Made by a program: the position numbers and the translations under genes. The notes beneath the pieces are model-generated. The model was not told the origin of the DNA. It did not search any database and saw only the letters and a program-made list of their open reading frames with translations. From Scenedesmus sp. PABB004 (Eukaryota), in contig CM026548.1 of the NCBI GenBank assembly GCA_014905635.1, positions 434,001 through 498,000 of the forward strand: DNA of 64,000 nucleotides, given 5' to 3'. This document shows positions 53,968-64,000 of the stretch, piece by piece; position 1 is the first letter of the stretch, and each line of letters opens with the position of its first letter.

Positions 53968-55858
53968 ATGGCCGACGCCATCGACCTCACGCTGACGGAC
54001 AGCGAGGCGGAGCCCAGCCCCGCACTGCCGCGGCAGCCCGCCGCCGCGGCGGCCACGCCGCCGACCGCCGAGCGGGCGCGGCCAGCGGAGCCCGCCGGCG
54101 GCGGCGGCGGCGACGACGCCGAGGCGGCGGCGCGCAAGCGCATCATGGCCTTTGCGTGCGGCGTGGCGGCGCCGGGCAAGCGCGCGCGCACGGCCGGCGA
54201 CGACGACGGCCCGCTGCCGGCCGCGCCGGGCGGCGACGAGGGCGAGGGCGGGGCGACGCCGGCGGCCGAGCCGGCAGCAGCCCCGGCGGCCCCGCGGGGC
54301 TTTGGCAACGCCGACCTGCGCGCACTGCACGAGGCGCGCATGGCGCGGCAGCGGCCGGAGCAGCCGCCGGCCGACGCAGCGGGCGGCGGCGGCGAGCGGC
54401 GCCGCGGGCGCAGCGCCAGCCCGCCCGGCGGCGGCGGCGGCGCCGCCAGCCCCGGCGCGGCGCGCCGCCGCTCCCCGTCGCCGCGCGCGGCTGACGCCGG
54501 GCCGCCGGCGAGCGGCGCGGCGCGCGCCGTCAGCCTGCTCACCTTCAACGTCTGGTGCGCCGCCCGCCCTCCCCGCGCGCCGCCCCCACCCCCCACCCCC
54601 CTGCCCCCCTTTTGCGTGCGGCCGGCCTGCAATTCGCCGCTGCCAGTGCCGCCGCGCCGCGCGGGCCCGCGCCCCAGCGCTGCTCCCCGCCCCGCCCGCC
54701 GCTGGTTTGCAGGTTCAGGGAGGACGTGGCGCTGCTCGAGCGCATGCTCGGCATCGGTGACGTCATAACGTCTGCTGGGCTGCCCACCTTCATCTGCCTC
54801 CAGGCGGGTTCCGCGTCAGGGTTGAGCGTTCGGGTTCAGCGTAGGGGTGCTGCCACCGCCGCGCCGCCGCTCCGCCGCGCCGCCCGCCGCCGCCGACGCG
54901 CGGTCGCGCGCCTCACGTGCGCCTCGCGCCCCCGGCAGGAGGTGACGCCGCTGATTCACGAGCTCCTGTCGAACATGGCGTGGTGGAGCAGCTACGTCTC
55001 GTCGCCGGCGCCACGCGACGCGCCGTACTTCACGCTTCTGCTCGCGAAGCGCGGCGACGCGGCGTCGGCGGCGCCCGGCGGCGGCGCGCTGGCGGCGCGC
55101 GCGTTCCAGGAGCTGCCCTTCGGCAATAGCTGCATGGGTGGGCGCGCCGGGGGGGCGCCGCCGCCCGCGGCGGCCGCAGCGCGCCCGCGTCCGCGCGGCG
55201 CCCACCGCCGCCTGCCCCCGCGCGCGCAGGGCGCAGCCTGCGCACGGTGCCGGCGTCGGTGGGCGGCGCGCGGCTGCTCGTCGCGACGAGCCACCTAGAG
55301 TCTCCGATGCCGCCCGCCCAGATGTTCAGCGAGCAGCGCGTCGCACAGCTTCGCGAGTCGGCGCGGCAGCTCGACGCCACCGGCGCGGCCAACATCATAT
55401 TTGCGGGTGCGCGGCGGACGGGCGCGCGCGGACGCACACGCCGCTGGGGACGGGCGCGCGCTCGACGGGCCGCGTCCGCCGCCGGCGCCCGGCCGCGTCT
55501 GCGGCGACGGTGCCGCCGCGCCGCAGGCGACTGCAACTGGACCGACGCACGCGACGGCGCGCCGCCGCTGCCGCCTGGCTGGTCGGACGCGTGGACCGCG
55601 GTCAACCCGGGCGACCCGGGGTTCACGTATGATGGCAAGGCCAACCCCATGCTGCCGTCCAAGGGCCTCTCGCTGCGGCTGGACCGCGTGTTTGTCAAGC
55701 TCCGCGACTGGCGCGTCGCGAGCGTGGAGCGCGTGGGCACCGAGCCGCTGCCGGGCGTGACGTACACGCACACCTTTCGCGGCGGCCGCACCGCCGAGCT
55801 GCCGGTGCTGTGCTCGGACCACTTCGGCCTGCTGCTGCGCCTGGAGCCCGCGACGTGA
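53968..55858 (+). CDS. TDP2: Tyrosyl-DNA phosphodiesterase 2-like EEP-family nuclease
   Basis: LLTFNVWFREDV..LERM, ICLQEVT, NSCMGRSL, ATSHLES, IFAGDCN, DAW...PGFTYD...N.ML, RLDRVF and SDHFGL. Confidence 0.9.
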
Positions 55859-55913
55859 CGGCGCGGGGCGGCCTGCTGCTGCGCCTCGAGCCGGCGGCGT
55901 GACGGCGGCGTGA
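55826..55913 (+). repeat. Diverged tandem duplication of the last 11 codons of TDP2
   Basis: 55826-55858 GGCCTGCTGCTGCGCCTGGAGCCCGCGACGTGA recurs at 55870-55902 as GGCCTGCTGCTGCGCCTCGAGCCGGCGGCGTGA, followed by one more CGGCGGCGTGA. Confidence 0.85.
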
Positions 55914-56195
55914 CGGCGGCGCGCAGGGCCCAAGGCGCAAAACCCGTGCAACGTCTCGCGCACCCCCTGCGTCTCTGCCGCGCACACACCAGCCGCAAGC
56001 GTGTGCCCGTGCCGAGCGCCCTCCCGCCGCGGCGGCGCGCAGCGATGGCAGCAGCAGCGGGGGGCGCGCGTTCGCCCATGCGCGGCGGCCGCCGCGCCTG
56101 CGCGCCTTGCGGCATGGGCTGCGGCAGCCGCTCCATGCACTGCTAGCGCGCACCTGAGGGCGGCAGCGAGTGCGCCGCTGCGGCAGCGCGGCGCG

Positions 56196-59100
56196 ATGGC
56201 GAGCGACGACGCGCGGCGGAAGCTCCTGGAGGCGGCGGCGGGCCTGCTGAGCAGCGGCAGCGACAGCGATCGCAGCGCCTCTCCGCCCCGGCGCGAGCGC
56301 AGCAGCAGGCGCGGCAAGGAGAAGAAGCACAAGCACAAGAAGGAGCGCAGCAGCAAGCGCGCGCGGCGCGGCGAGCACGAGAAGATCAGGGAGCTCGAGC
56401 GCCGCGCCGCCGGCGTGCTGGGCGCCCCGGGAGCGGGCCTGCTGGGACGCCTGCCCGGCGCCGGCGGCGGCTGGGCCGGGTCCAGCGGCGGCGCCGGCGC
56501 CGGCGGCAGCAGCGGCGAGCTCGCGGTGCTGGACACGGCGGGCGACCCGAACAACGCCATGTACGAGGGCCTCTACGCTGGGTCCGTGCCGCGCTTCAGC
56601 CGCCACGACCCGCTCGGCCTCGTGCGCGGCGGCGGCGCGCGCCTCGGCGGCTGGGCGGCGTCGCTCGCGGCCGACCGCGACGCTGGCAACGCGCGCGCCG
56701 ACCGGTGCGGCGGCCGGCGCGCGCCGGCGGGCACGCGCCGGCTGCGCAGCAGCGTCCCTCGAGCTCACGCGGCAGCGCCCGCTGCCACCGCAGGTACTTC
56801 CGGGGCCGCTTCTACCTGCAGGAGCGCAGCCGCAGCGCCAAGCGCCTCCCGCTGGCCGCGCTGCGGCCGCCGCGCGCCGGCGACGGCGACGCCGGCGGCG
56901 GCCTGCTGCTGCCGGACGCCGCGCTCGCGCCGCTCGCGGCCGGCAGCGGCGCGCCGCCGGCGGCGCCGGGCGAGGCCGCGAGCGGCGACGCGCCGCCCGT
57001 GAGCGCGCGCAAGATGGCCGTGCCGCTGCCTGCCTTCATCCCCCTGGAGCTGCCAGAGGGGCTGGCGGCGCCCGCGGCGGCGCCCGCGGCGGCTGCCGGC
57101 GGCAACGACGCGGCCGGGCTGGGCTTCAGCTTTGCCGGGCCGGGCAGGGCGCCCACGCGGCCGCCGCCGCGCATGGAGCCGGAGCAGCTGGTGGAGCAGG
57201 TGGGCCCGCAGCCGAGGCGGAGCGGGGCCGCACCGCGCCGCGCACGCCGCCGCCGCCGAAGCGGCCCACGCTGCCGCCGCTGCCGCCGCCGCCCACACCT
57301 CGGCCGCCGCCGCCCACGCCTCGGCCGCCACCGCCGCCCGGCAGGCCGGCCTGACAGTGGACGAGCAGCTGCTCGCGGCCACGCGCGCCTGGAACGTGGC
57401 GCTGCGCGAGCGCCCGCAGGACGAGGGGCTGTGGCTCGACTTTGCGTCGTTCCAGCTCCGCGCGGCGCGGCTGCTGCAGGGCGCGCGCGGTCGCAGCGAC
57501 GCCGCTGACGCGGCGACCGCCGAAAAGGTGGTGTCGCTGCTCACGCGCGGGCTGAGCCACCACCCCGCCTCGGCGCAGCTGCTGCTCGCGCTGCTGCGCA
57601 GGTGCGGCCGCGCGCCGGACAGCGTGGCGGCGCTGCCGCCGCGGCAGCGAGCGCCGGCCCGCCGGCTGCCCACGCGCTGCCCCGCCTGCGCGCGCAGCTA
57701 CGCCGCCATCGCCCCCGACGCGGCGGCGCTCGCGGAGAAGTGGCGCGGCGTGCTGGAGCGGCAGGGCGGCAGCTGGCTGCTCTGGCGCGAGTGGCTCGCG
57801 CGCAGGTGCGAGCCGCGCCACTGCCCGCCGCGCGCCCAGGCCTGCCCCCGCCGACGCGGCACGCTTGACCGCTTGCCCCGCGCGCCGCCGCGGCGCCGTG
57901 CAGGCAGGCCAGCTTTGCGGACTTTCGTGTGCCGGCGGTGCAGGGCGCTTACCATGAGGCAGTGCACACCCTGTCGCTGGAGCTGATCACCGCGCGGCGC
58001 CGCGGCGCCGCCGAGCACCGCGCGCTGCAGCAGCGCGGCCTCGCCGGCAGCGGCCTGGACGTGCAGCAGCTGGAGGCGCTCGCGCCGGCCGCGGCGGCGG
58101 CCGCGCTCGGCGGCGGCGCCGCAGAGGCGGCGGCCGCGGCCGCGCCGCTGACGGCGGGCGAGGAGGCGGTCGAGCTGCAGCTCGTGCAGCTGCTGCTGGG
58201 GCTCCTGCACGCCGAGCTGCTGGCGGGGCTGAGCGAGGCGGCCGTGGCCAAGATCCAGGTGCGCCCGCCGGCGCGGCGCAGCGGCGCGCGCAGCGCCGCG
58301 CCGCGGCGGTGGGGCTCGTGGCGCGCGCGGTTCGCTGACTGCTCCGCTGCCTCGCCTTGTCTCACCTTCTTGCCTCTCTCCCTCCAGGCTCTGCTTGAGT
58401 TCCACCTGTTCCAGCCGCCCACGCCGCCCGGCGGCGCCGGCGCGCTGCTGCGGCTGTTTGCCGCGTTCTGGGCCTCCGGCAGCGCCCGCATCGGCGAGCC
58501 CGGCGCGCGCGGCTGGGCGTACTGGTGCTGCTGGCACGCGATGGGCCTGCCGCCGCCAGCGCCGGAGGCGGCCGAGGAGGAGGAGCGCGCGGCCGAGGTG
58601 CGCGGCCGCGGGGAGTGGGCGGGGGCGGCGCGCACGCCGCCGCGCGTGGCTTCGCGCCCGCGCCGCCCACGCGCGCCTGCCGTGCCGCGCCTCGCAGGAG
58701 CCGCTCGGCTGGAGCGGCTGGTTCGAGGTGCCGCAGCGGCCCCAGGAGCTGGCGCCGGAGCAGCCGCCGGCAGCAGCGGCGGCGGCGCCAGAGGCGGCAG
58801 CCGCCGCCGAGCAGCGCAAGCGCAAGCGCCGACGCCGCAGCGGCAGCGCCTCAGACGCCTCGGACGCCGCCGACGGCTCCAGCTCGGATGCGGCACGCAG
58901 CGACTCCGAGAGCGGCAGCGCCAGCGCGCGGGAGGAGGGCGAGCCCGGCGCGGCGGACGGCGAGGGCGGGTCGGAGGAGGAGGGCTCGGAGCAGGGCGGC
59001 GACGCGGAGCTGGACGAGGTGGAGCTGATGCTGCAGCTGGGCGTGCAGCTCGAGGAGCAGCTGCAGGAGGTGGAGGCGCAGGGACTGCCGCCCCACATCG

Positions 59101-59541
59101 TCGCGCGGTGCGGCGCGGCGCTGTTGCGCAGGGCGCTGCCGCGCCGCAACCGGCCGCGGCGCGCCGCGGCGCGCGGCTGACGGGCGAGCCGCGCCGTGCC
59201 GCCCCGCTGCCGCGCCGCAGGTGGGTGGAGGAGGAGGCCGCGCGCTGCGCCAGCCAGTGGCAGCCGCTGCACCAGCGGCAGCAGGGGGCGCAGGACGAGG
59301 CGCGGGGCGGCGGCGGCGTCGCCGACGGCGACGGCGCGGACGGGCCCGACCCCAGCCGCATCGTCGACTTTGACGCTGTGCAGCCCTGCCTCGTCGCGCT
59401 GCGCAGCGCGTCCGCGCTGCGGCGGCTGGTGCTGGGCTGCGTGGAGCTGCTGGGCGGCCAGCCGGGCCCCTGGGCCAGCAGCAACGCGCCCACGCCGCTG
59501 CAGCAGCTGTCGCCGGGGCTGGCTGCGCCGCCCGGGCAGCT

Positions 59542-59572
<31 letters not shown>

Positions 59573-60105
59573 AGCGCCTCTGCCGCCGGCGGGAAGCAGC
59601 AGTGGCATGACGCAGCTGCTGGTGAGGGCGTGCCCGAGCCGGCAGCCCCGCCCGCGCCGGGCGAGACGGGCGCGGCGCAGCAGCCCTGGTGTGCAGCGAG
59701 CAACGAGCGCTGGGCGTTCCTGGTGGCGCTGCTGGAGCGCCTCGTTGCGGGCGGCCCTTGCAGCGCGTGGCACGAGCTGTGCCAGGCGCTGCTGCTGCTG
59801 CACGCCGCCAAGCCCTCCCACGCGGTCGCGGGCGGCAGCGACGGCGCCGGCGACGCGGCTGCGGCGGGGCCGAGCCTGACGATCGACGGCGCGGCTGCCG
59901 CGGGCGGCTGCGGCGGCGCATCGCCGCAGGCGCTCGCTGGCGTGCGCGCCGCCGCGAAGCAGCTGCTGGCGGAGCAGCAGGACAATCTGCTGCTGTATGA
60001 CGCCTACGGCTGCTGCGAGGCGGCGCTGGGGCAGACCAAGACGGCACGGAAGGTGCTCGAGTCGGCGCTCGGACTGGCGACGAGCACCGCGGCGCCCGCC
60101 TGGGC

Positions 60106-60151
<46 letters not shown>

Positions 60152-61521
60152 AGCGGCGGCGGCGTGCGGAGCGAGGCGGACGCCGCCGCCGACGCGGTGC
60201 CGCTGCTCGCGCTGCACCTCGCGCAGCTGGAGCTGGCCGCGGGCGGCCGGGGCGGCGCGGAGCGCGCGCACGCGGCGCTGCACGCCTGCCTCGCGCGCGC
60301 GCCGTACGTCGCGCCGCCGGGCGGCGGCAAGGGCGCCGCCGCGGCCGCGCCAGGGCAGGGCCTGCTCGCGCCCGCGGCGCTGGCGCGCGCGCGGCGCGGC
60401 TTCCAGGACGCCGCGCCGCGCCTGCTCGCCTCCGCCGGCGGCGGCCTGACCCTGGCCGCCGCCGCCACGGTCGCCGCCGCGGCGCTGTTCGAGCTGGCCG
60501 TGGGCCTCATCACCGGAGAGGCCGGGCGGGGGCTCGACGCGGCGGCCGCCGTGTTCAGCCAGGCTGCCTCGGCCGTGCCCGAGCCCGTGCGCGCGGCGTC
60601 GCCGCTGCACGAGCAGCTGACGGCGCTGCACTGCGGCATGCTCGCCGCCGCCGCCACGGGCGCGCCGGAGCGGCTCGTGCCGCCGCCGGCCGCCGCGGCG
60701 GTCGGCGGCGCGGCGGCGCGCTGGGCGCCCGCCGCGGCCGGCGGCGCCGCCGCCGCCGCGCGGCGGCGGCGAGCCTCGAGGTCGCGGCCAGCCCCGTGCG
60801 CGCGCGGCGCGCGCTGGCGGGGGCGTTGCAGCTCTATCCGGGCAGCGGCGCGCTGCTGGCGCTGCAGGTCGGGCTCGACACGGCCTGCCACACGCTCGCG
60901 GGCCTGCGGCGCCAGCTCGCCGCGCTGTGCGAGCTCAGCCCCAGCCCCGGGCTGTGGGCGGCCGCGCTGCGCGCCGAGCGCGCGCGGCCGGGCGGGCGCG
61001 CGCGCCTGCGCGCGCTGTTTGAGCGCGCGCTCGCCGCGCCGCAGCCGCTCGCGTGGGCGGCGCAGGCGCGCGTGGCGCGGCGGCGCATCGAGGCGGCGTG
61101 GGACGCAGCCGTCGCGGAGCTGGGGCCCCGCGCCGGCGGCGCCGCCGAGGCGCGGCGCGCGCGGCTCGGGGGGCCCGCGAGCGGCGCGGCGCGCGCGGCG
61201 ACGCTGCTGGAGCTGCCGCTGTGCGACGGCTACAGGGGCTGGGGCTGCGCGCCGGCGCTGTGGCTCGACTACGTGGGGCACGAGCTGCAGGCGGGCCGCC
61301 CCGAGGCGGCGCGCCGCCTCTTCCTCCGCGCCGCGCACGAGTGCCCCGGCGCCAAAGCGCTCTGGCTCGCTGGCTTTGCGCGCGTCGGCGGCGGCCTGCC
61401 GCCGCGCGAGGCGGCGGCGCTGCTCGGCGCGATGGCCGAGCGCGAGGTGGCGGTGCGCACCGACGTGTACGAGGTGCTGCTCGCAGACCTCGCGACGCGC
61501 CAGGCGGCGGAGCAGGTGTAG
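56196..61521 (+). CDS. NRDE2: NRDE2 (nuclear RNAi defective-2 / Nrl1) HAT-repeat exosome regulator
   Basis: Basic KKHKHKKER N-terminus, DTAGDPNNAMYEGLYAGSVPRF, TRAWNVALRERPQDEGLWLDFASFQ, LSEAAVAKIQALLEF, FAAFWASGSARIGEPGARGW, DPSRIVDFDAV, FLRAAHECPGAKALWL and ERE.AVRTD.YE. Confidence 0.88.
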
Positions 61522-61886
61522 GGGGCGGCGAGTGTTGGCGCTGTGCCGGTGTCGGCGTCGCGCTGCGCCGGCGGCACACGCGCGGCGGCGGGCGGCAGCG
61601 GGCGGCCGGCGCGCGCGGCAGCGGTCCGGCGCTGAACCGCATGTCACTCACGGCGCAGAGCCGCGCCGTGCCCGGCTCGAGGGCAGGAGAGAGGCTCCGG
61701 CGTAGGGCAGGCGGCGGGCCGAGCGCCGATCGCCGCCCCGGCTCGCAGCAGCAGCGAGCGCGCGGCCGCCGCCGATCGCACCCGCTGCCGCCACAGCCCG
61801 CAGCGCGCCTCGCCATCCCGGCGGCGACATCGGCAGGCGCATCCGCAGCAACGGCGAGAGCCGTGCAGGCAGCAGCGCCTCCCGCG

Positions 61887-63652
61887 ATGGCAGCGGCGGC
61901 GGATGACCGTGGGCGGCCCTTCGCCAACCGCAGCCTGCATCGCTGCGCGCGGCTGCTGTGGAGCTCGACCGCCACGCGGCTGCAGCGCGCCCTTGCAGAG
62001 ACGCTGGCCAACGTCACGGACGGCCCGCACGGCGCCCACGCGGTGGCGGCGGCGGAGCTCGCGGCGTCGGTGCCGGGCCTGCCCGCGGCGGGCGAGCTCT
62101 CGGCGCTGCTCGCGGGCGAGCGCTGCCTGCGAGTCGACCAGCGCGGCGTGGTGTCGCTCGACGCCGCCGCGCTCGTCGCCGCGGCGCGCCGCGCCACGTC
62201 CACCGGCACGCTGCTCGACGAGCTGCCGCCGCCGACGGGCCTCACGCTCGGGCGCCACCCCGTGTGCCCGGGGCAGCGCGCCTGCACCTACTTTGTGCGC
62301 ACGGGGACCTGCGACTTCGGCCCCCGCTGCGTGTACACGCACCCCCGTAAGCCCCGGCGCGGCCGCGCGAGCGCGGCGGCAGCTGCGGCCCGGCCAAAAG
62401 GGCGCCGTGGCGCTCTCCCTTTGCCCTTGCTGACCCACGTGCCGCCGCCGCGCCGCAGCCGAGCTGGCCAAGGGCCCGGGACCGCAGAGCCAGCCCCCAC
62501 CCGACGGCGCGCCGCCCCGCCAGCGCGGCGACCAGCAGCACCAGCACCAGCACCAGCACCAGCAGGTGGTGTGGCGCCCAGTCAACCAGCAGGCGGCGCC
62601 GGCACGCGCGCAGGAGGCGGGGCAGCAGCCGCCGACGTGGCAGCAGGTGATGCAGCAGCAGGAGCAGCAGCAGCAGCAGCAGGGGCAGTGGTGGAGCGAG
62701 CCAGCGGCGGCGGCGGTGGCTCCGCCGCCGCCGCCGCCACCGCCGCCGCACCCATGCGGACGGCGCAGACGCCGCAGACCTGGCAGCAGCAGGAGCAGCA
62801 GCATGCCAGGCCGCAGCAGCAGCAGAAGGCCAAGGCCAAGCCCGCCAGGGACAAGCCCACAAAGGCCGACGCCGCCGGCAAGTCGCTGCCGATGGCGGGC
62901 TGCAACGGCGCGGGCATGCCGCTGCGCCCGGGCGCGGCCAACTGCTCGTTCTGGATGCACACCGGCGACTGCAAGTTCAAGCTGAACTGCAAGTTCAACC
63001 ACCCAGACGACCCGCCCCTGCCCGCGCGCTTCGTCGCGACGGGTCCGTCTCTGCCCGCGCGGCGCCCCGCGCGCCTGGCGCGGCCCGCCGCCGCCGCCGC
63101 CGCCGCGCTCACCCGCCCCGCCGCCGCGCCGCGCCGCGCCGCCAGGGCGCATGATGGGGCGGTGGCCGGCCGACAAGCCCATCCCCTACGCCCGCCTCGC
63201 GGCGCACCTGCACCGCCTCTGGGACGCGGGGCTGCCCGAGGGCTGGTCAAAGATCTACCTCGCGAGGCATCTGATTGCGGCGGCCAACCCGGGCGCCGCG
63301 ATGTGGGGCCCGACCGCGGCGCGCGCGGTCGTGGACGACGCCGCCGCCTACTCCACCGCGCTGTCGGAGGCCGGTGCGCGGCGCACGCGCGGCCCGCAGC
63401 GTCCGCGGCGGGCGCCGGTCTGCGCGCGGCGCCAGGCGCCGCCGCAGTCCCTCACGCCGTTTCCGCCGCGCGCCGCGCGCAGTGACGGTGCTGGCGACGA
63501 TCTGGCTCGAGCTGCCCGAGGCGGACGCGGGGCCGCTGCCCGACATGGACGACCTGCGCCGCCTGCTCGCCGCCGACCCCTACCTCCAGCTCACCCCGCA
63601 CGACGTCGTGCGCCTGAACCTCGAGCACGTGCGTGACGTGCTCAACTGGTGA
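61887..63652 (+). CDS. CCCH zinc-finger protein (2 fingers) with a Q/P-rich linker and a duplicated terminal domain; 3 introns
   Basis: Two C-x8-C-x5-C-x3-H fingers: CTYFVRTGTCDFGPRCVYTH and CSFWMHTGDCKFKLNCKFNH, preceded by plant-type P.[RC]PG leaders. Apparent indel in the poly-Pro run near 62740. Confidence 0.8.
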
Positions 63653-63931
63653 GGCGCAGCTCGCGGCGCGGGCGCGGCAGACACGGCGGCGGCGGCGGCG
63701 AGAGGGTGCCGCGTGCTGAGTTGCGGCGAGATTTGACGTGCGCGCGCGCACGCGGCAGTTGGACGGGCGCGTAACGGTTCGCGGCACGCGGCCCACGACG
63801 TTGATTTGATGCCGTGCACCCCCAGTGCAGTCAGGGCAGCCGGGCGCCGCACACGCGACGGGCGCTGCCGCCGCACCAGCAGCAGCGCGCCGCGCCGCGC
63901 GCCCCGTGCGATCGCCGCCGCGGCGCCGTTC

Positions 63932-64000
63932 ATGAGCGCAGCCGCCGACGCGCTGGTCGACGCGCTGCTCGAGTTCCTGGAGGCGGGAGTGCATACGGCG
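63932..64000 (+). CDS. REV7: Start of REV7/MAD2L2 (HORMA domain, DNA polymerase zeta subunit); 3'-partial
   Basis: ATG at 63932 reads MSAAADALVDALLEFLEAGVHTA, resembling the REV7 N-terminal helix (..L.EFLE.A.H..). Only 23 codons are visible. Confidence 0.6.
   Translation, partial: MSAAADALVDALLEFLEAGVHTA

Noticed and set aside
24840..62760. Frame breaks at about 24850, 29710-29770, 46750, 47425, 48920, 57240, 60770 and 62740 suggesting pseudogenes or programmed frameshifts
   Set aside because: All fall in G runs or GGC/GCG repeats, mostly within conserved genes with intact motifs on both sides. Assembly or consensus indels are the simplest explanation; raw reads would decide.

Overview
Eukaryotic nuclear DNA, extremely GC-rich (visually about 80%) and intron-rich. 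Short GT/GC-AG introns, TGTAA poly(A) signals, nuclear-encoded plastid proteins and an IFT dynein subunit point to a chlorophyte green alga, probably Sphaeropleales (inference). The long six-frame ORFs are mostly GC-skew artefacts, so genes were rebuilt exon by exon. Gene order: NUP205 (5'-partial), two doubtful small ORFs, a bacterial-like membrane protein, an SS3/SS4-type starch synthase with an N-terminal CBM, a serpin, a degenerate nucleotidyltransferase-like protein, a secreted S9 peptidase, a UBL-SAYSvFN protein, an atypical ClpB/Hsp100, WDR34/FAP133, plastid RPL22, STRAP, MINPP1, TON2/FASS, ATG18, TDP2, NRDE2, a CCCH zinc-finger protein with a duplicated unnamed domain, and the start of REV7. 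No rRNA, tRNA, CRISPR array or transposase was recognised. Most notable: about 24 GC-AG introns (roughly one in six), a ClpB with a putative membrane anchor and a degenerate first ATPase ring, the pseudo-nucleotidyltransferase, the repeat-domain CCCH protein, and an AGATT motif cluster upstream of the starch synthase. All family calls come from motif recognition by eye; no searches were run.
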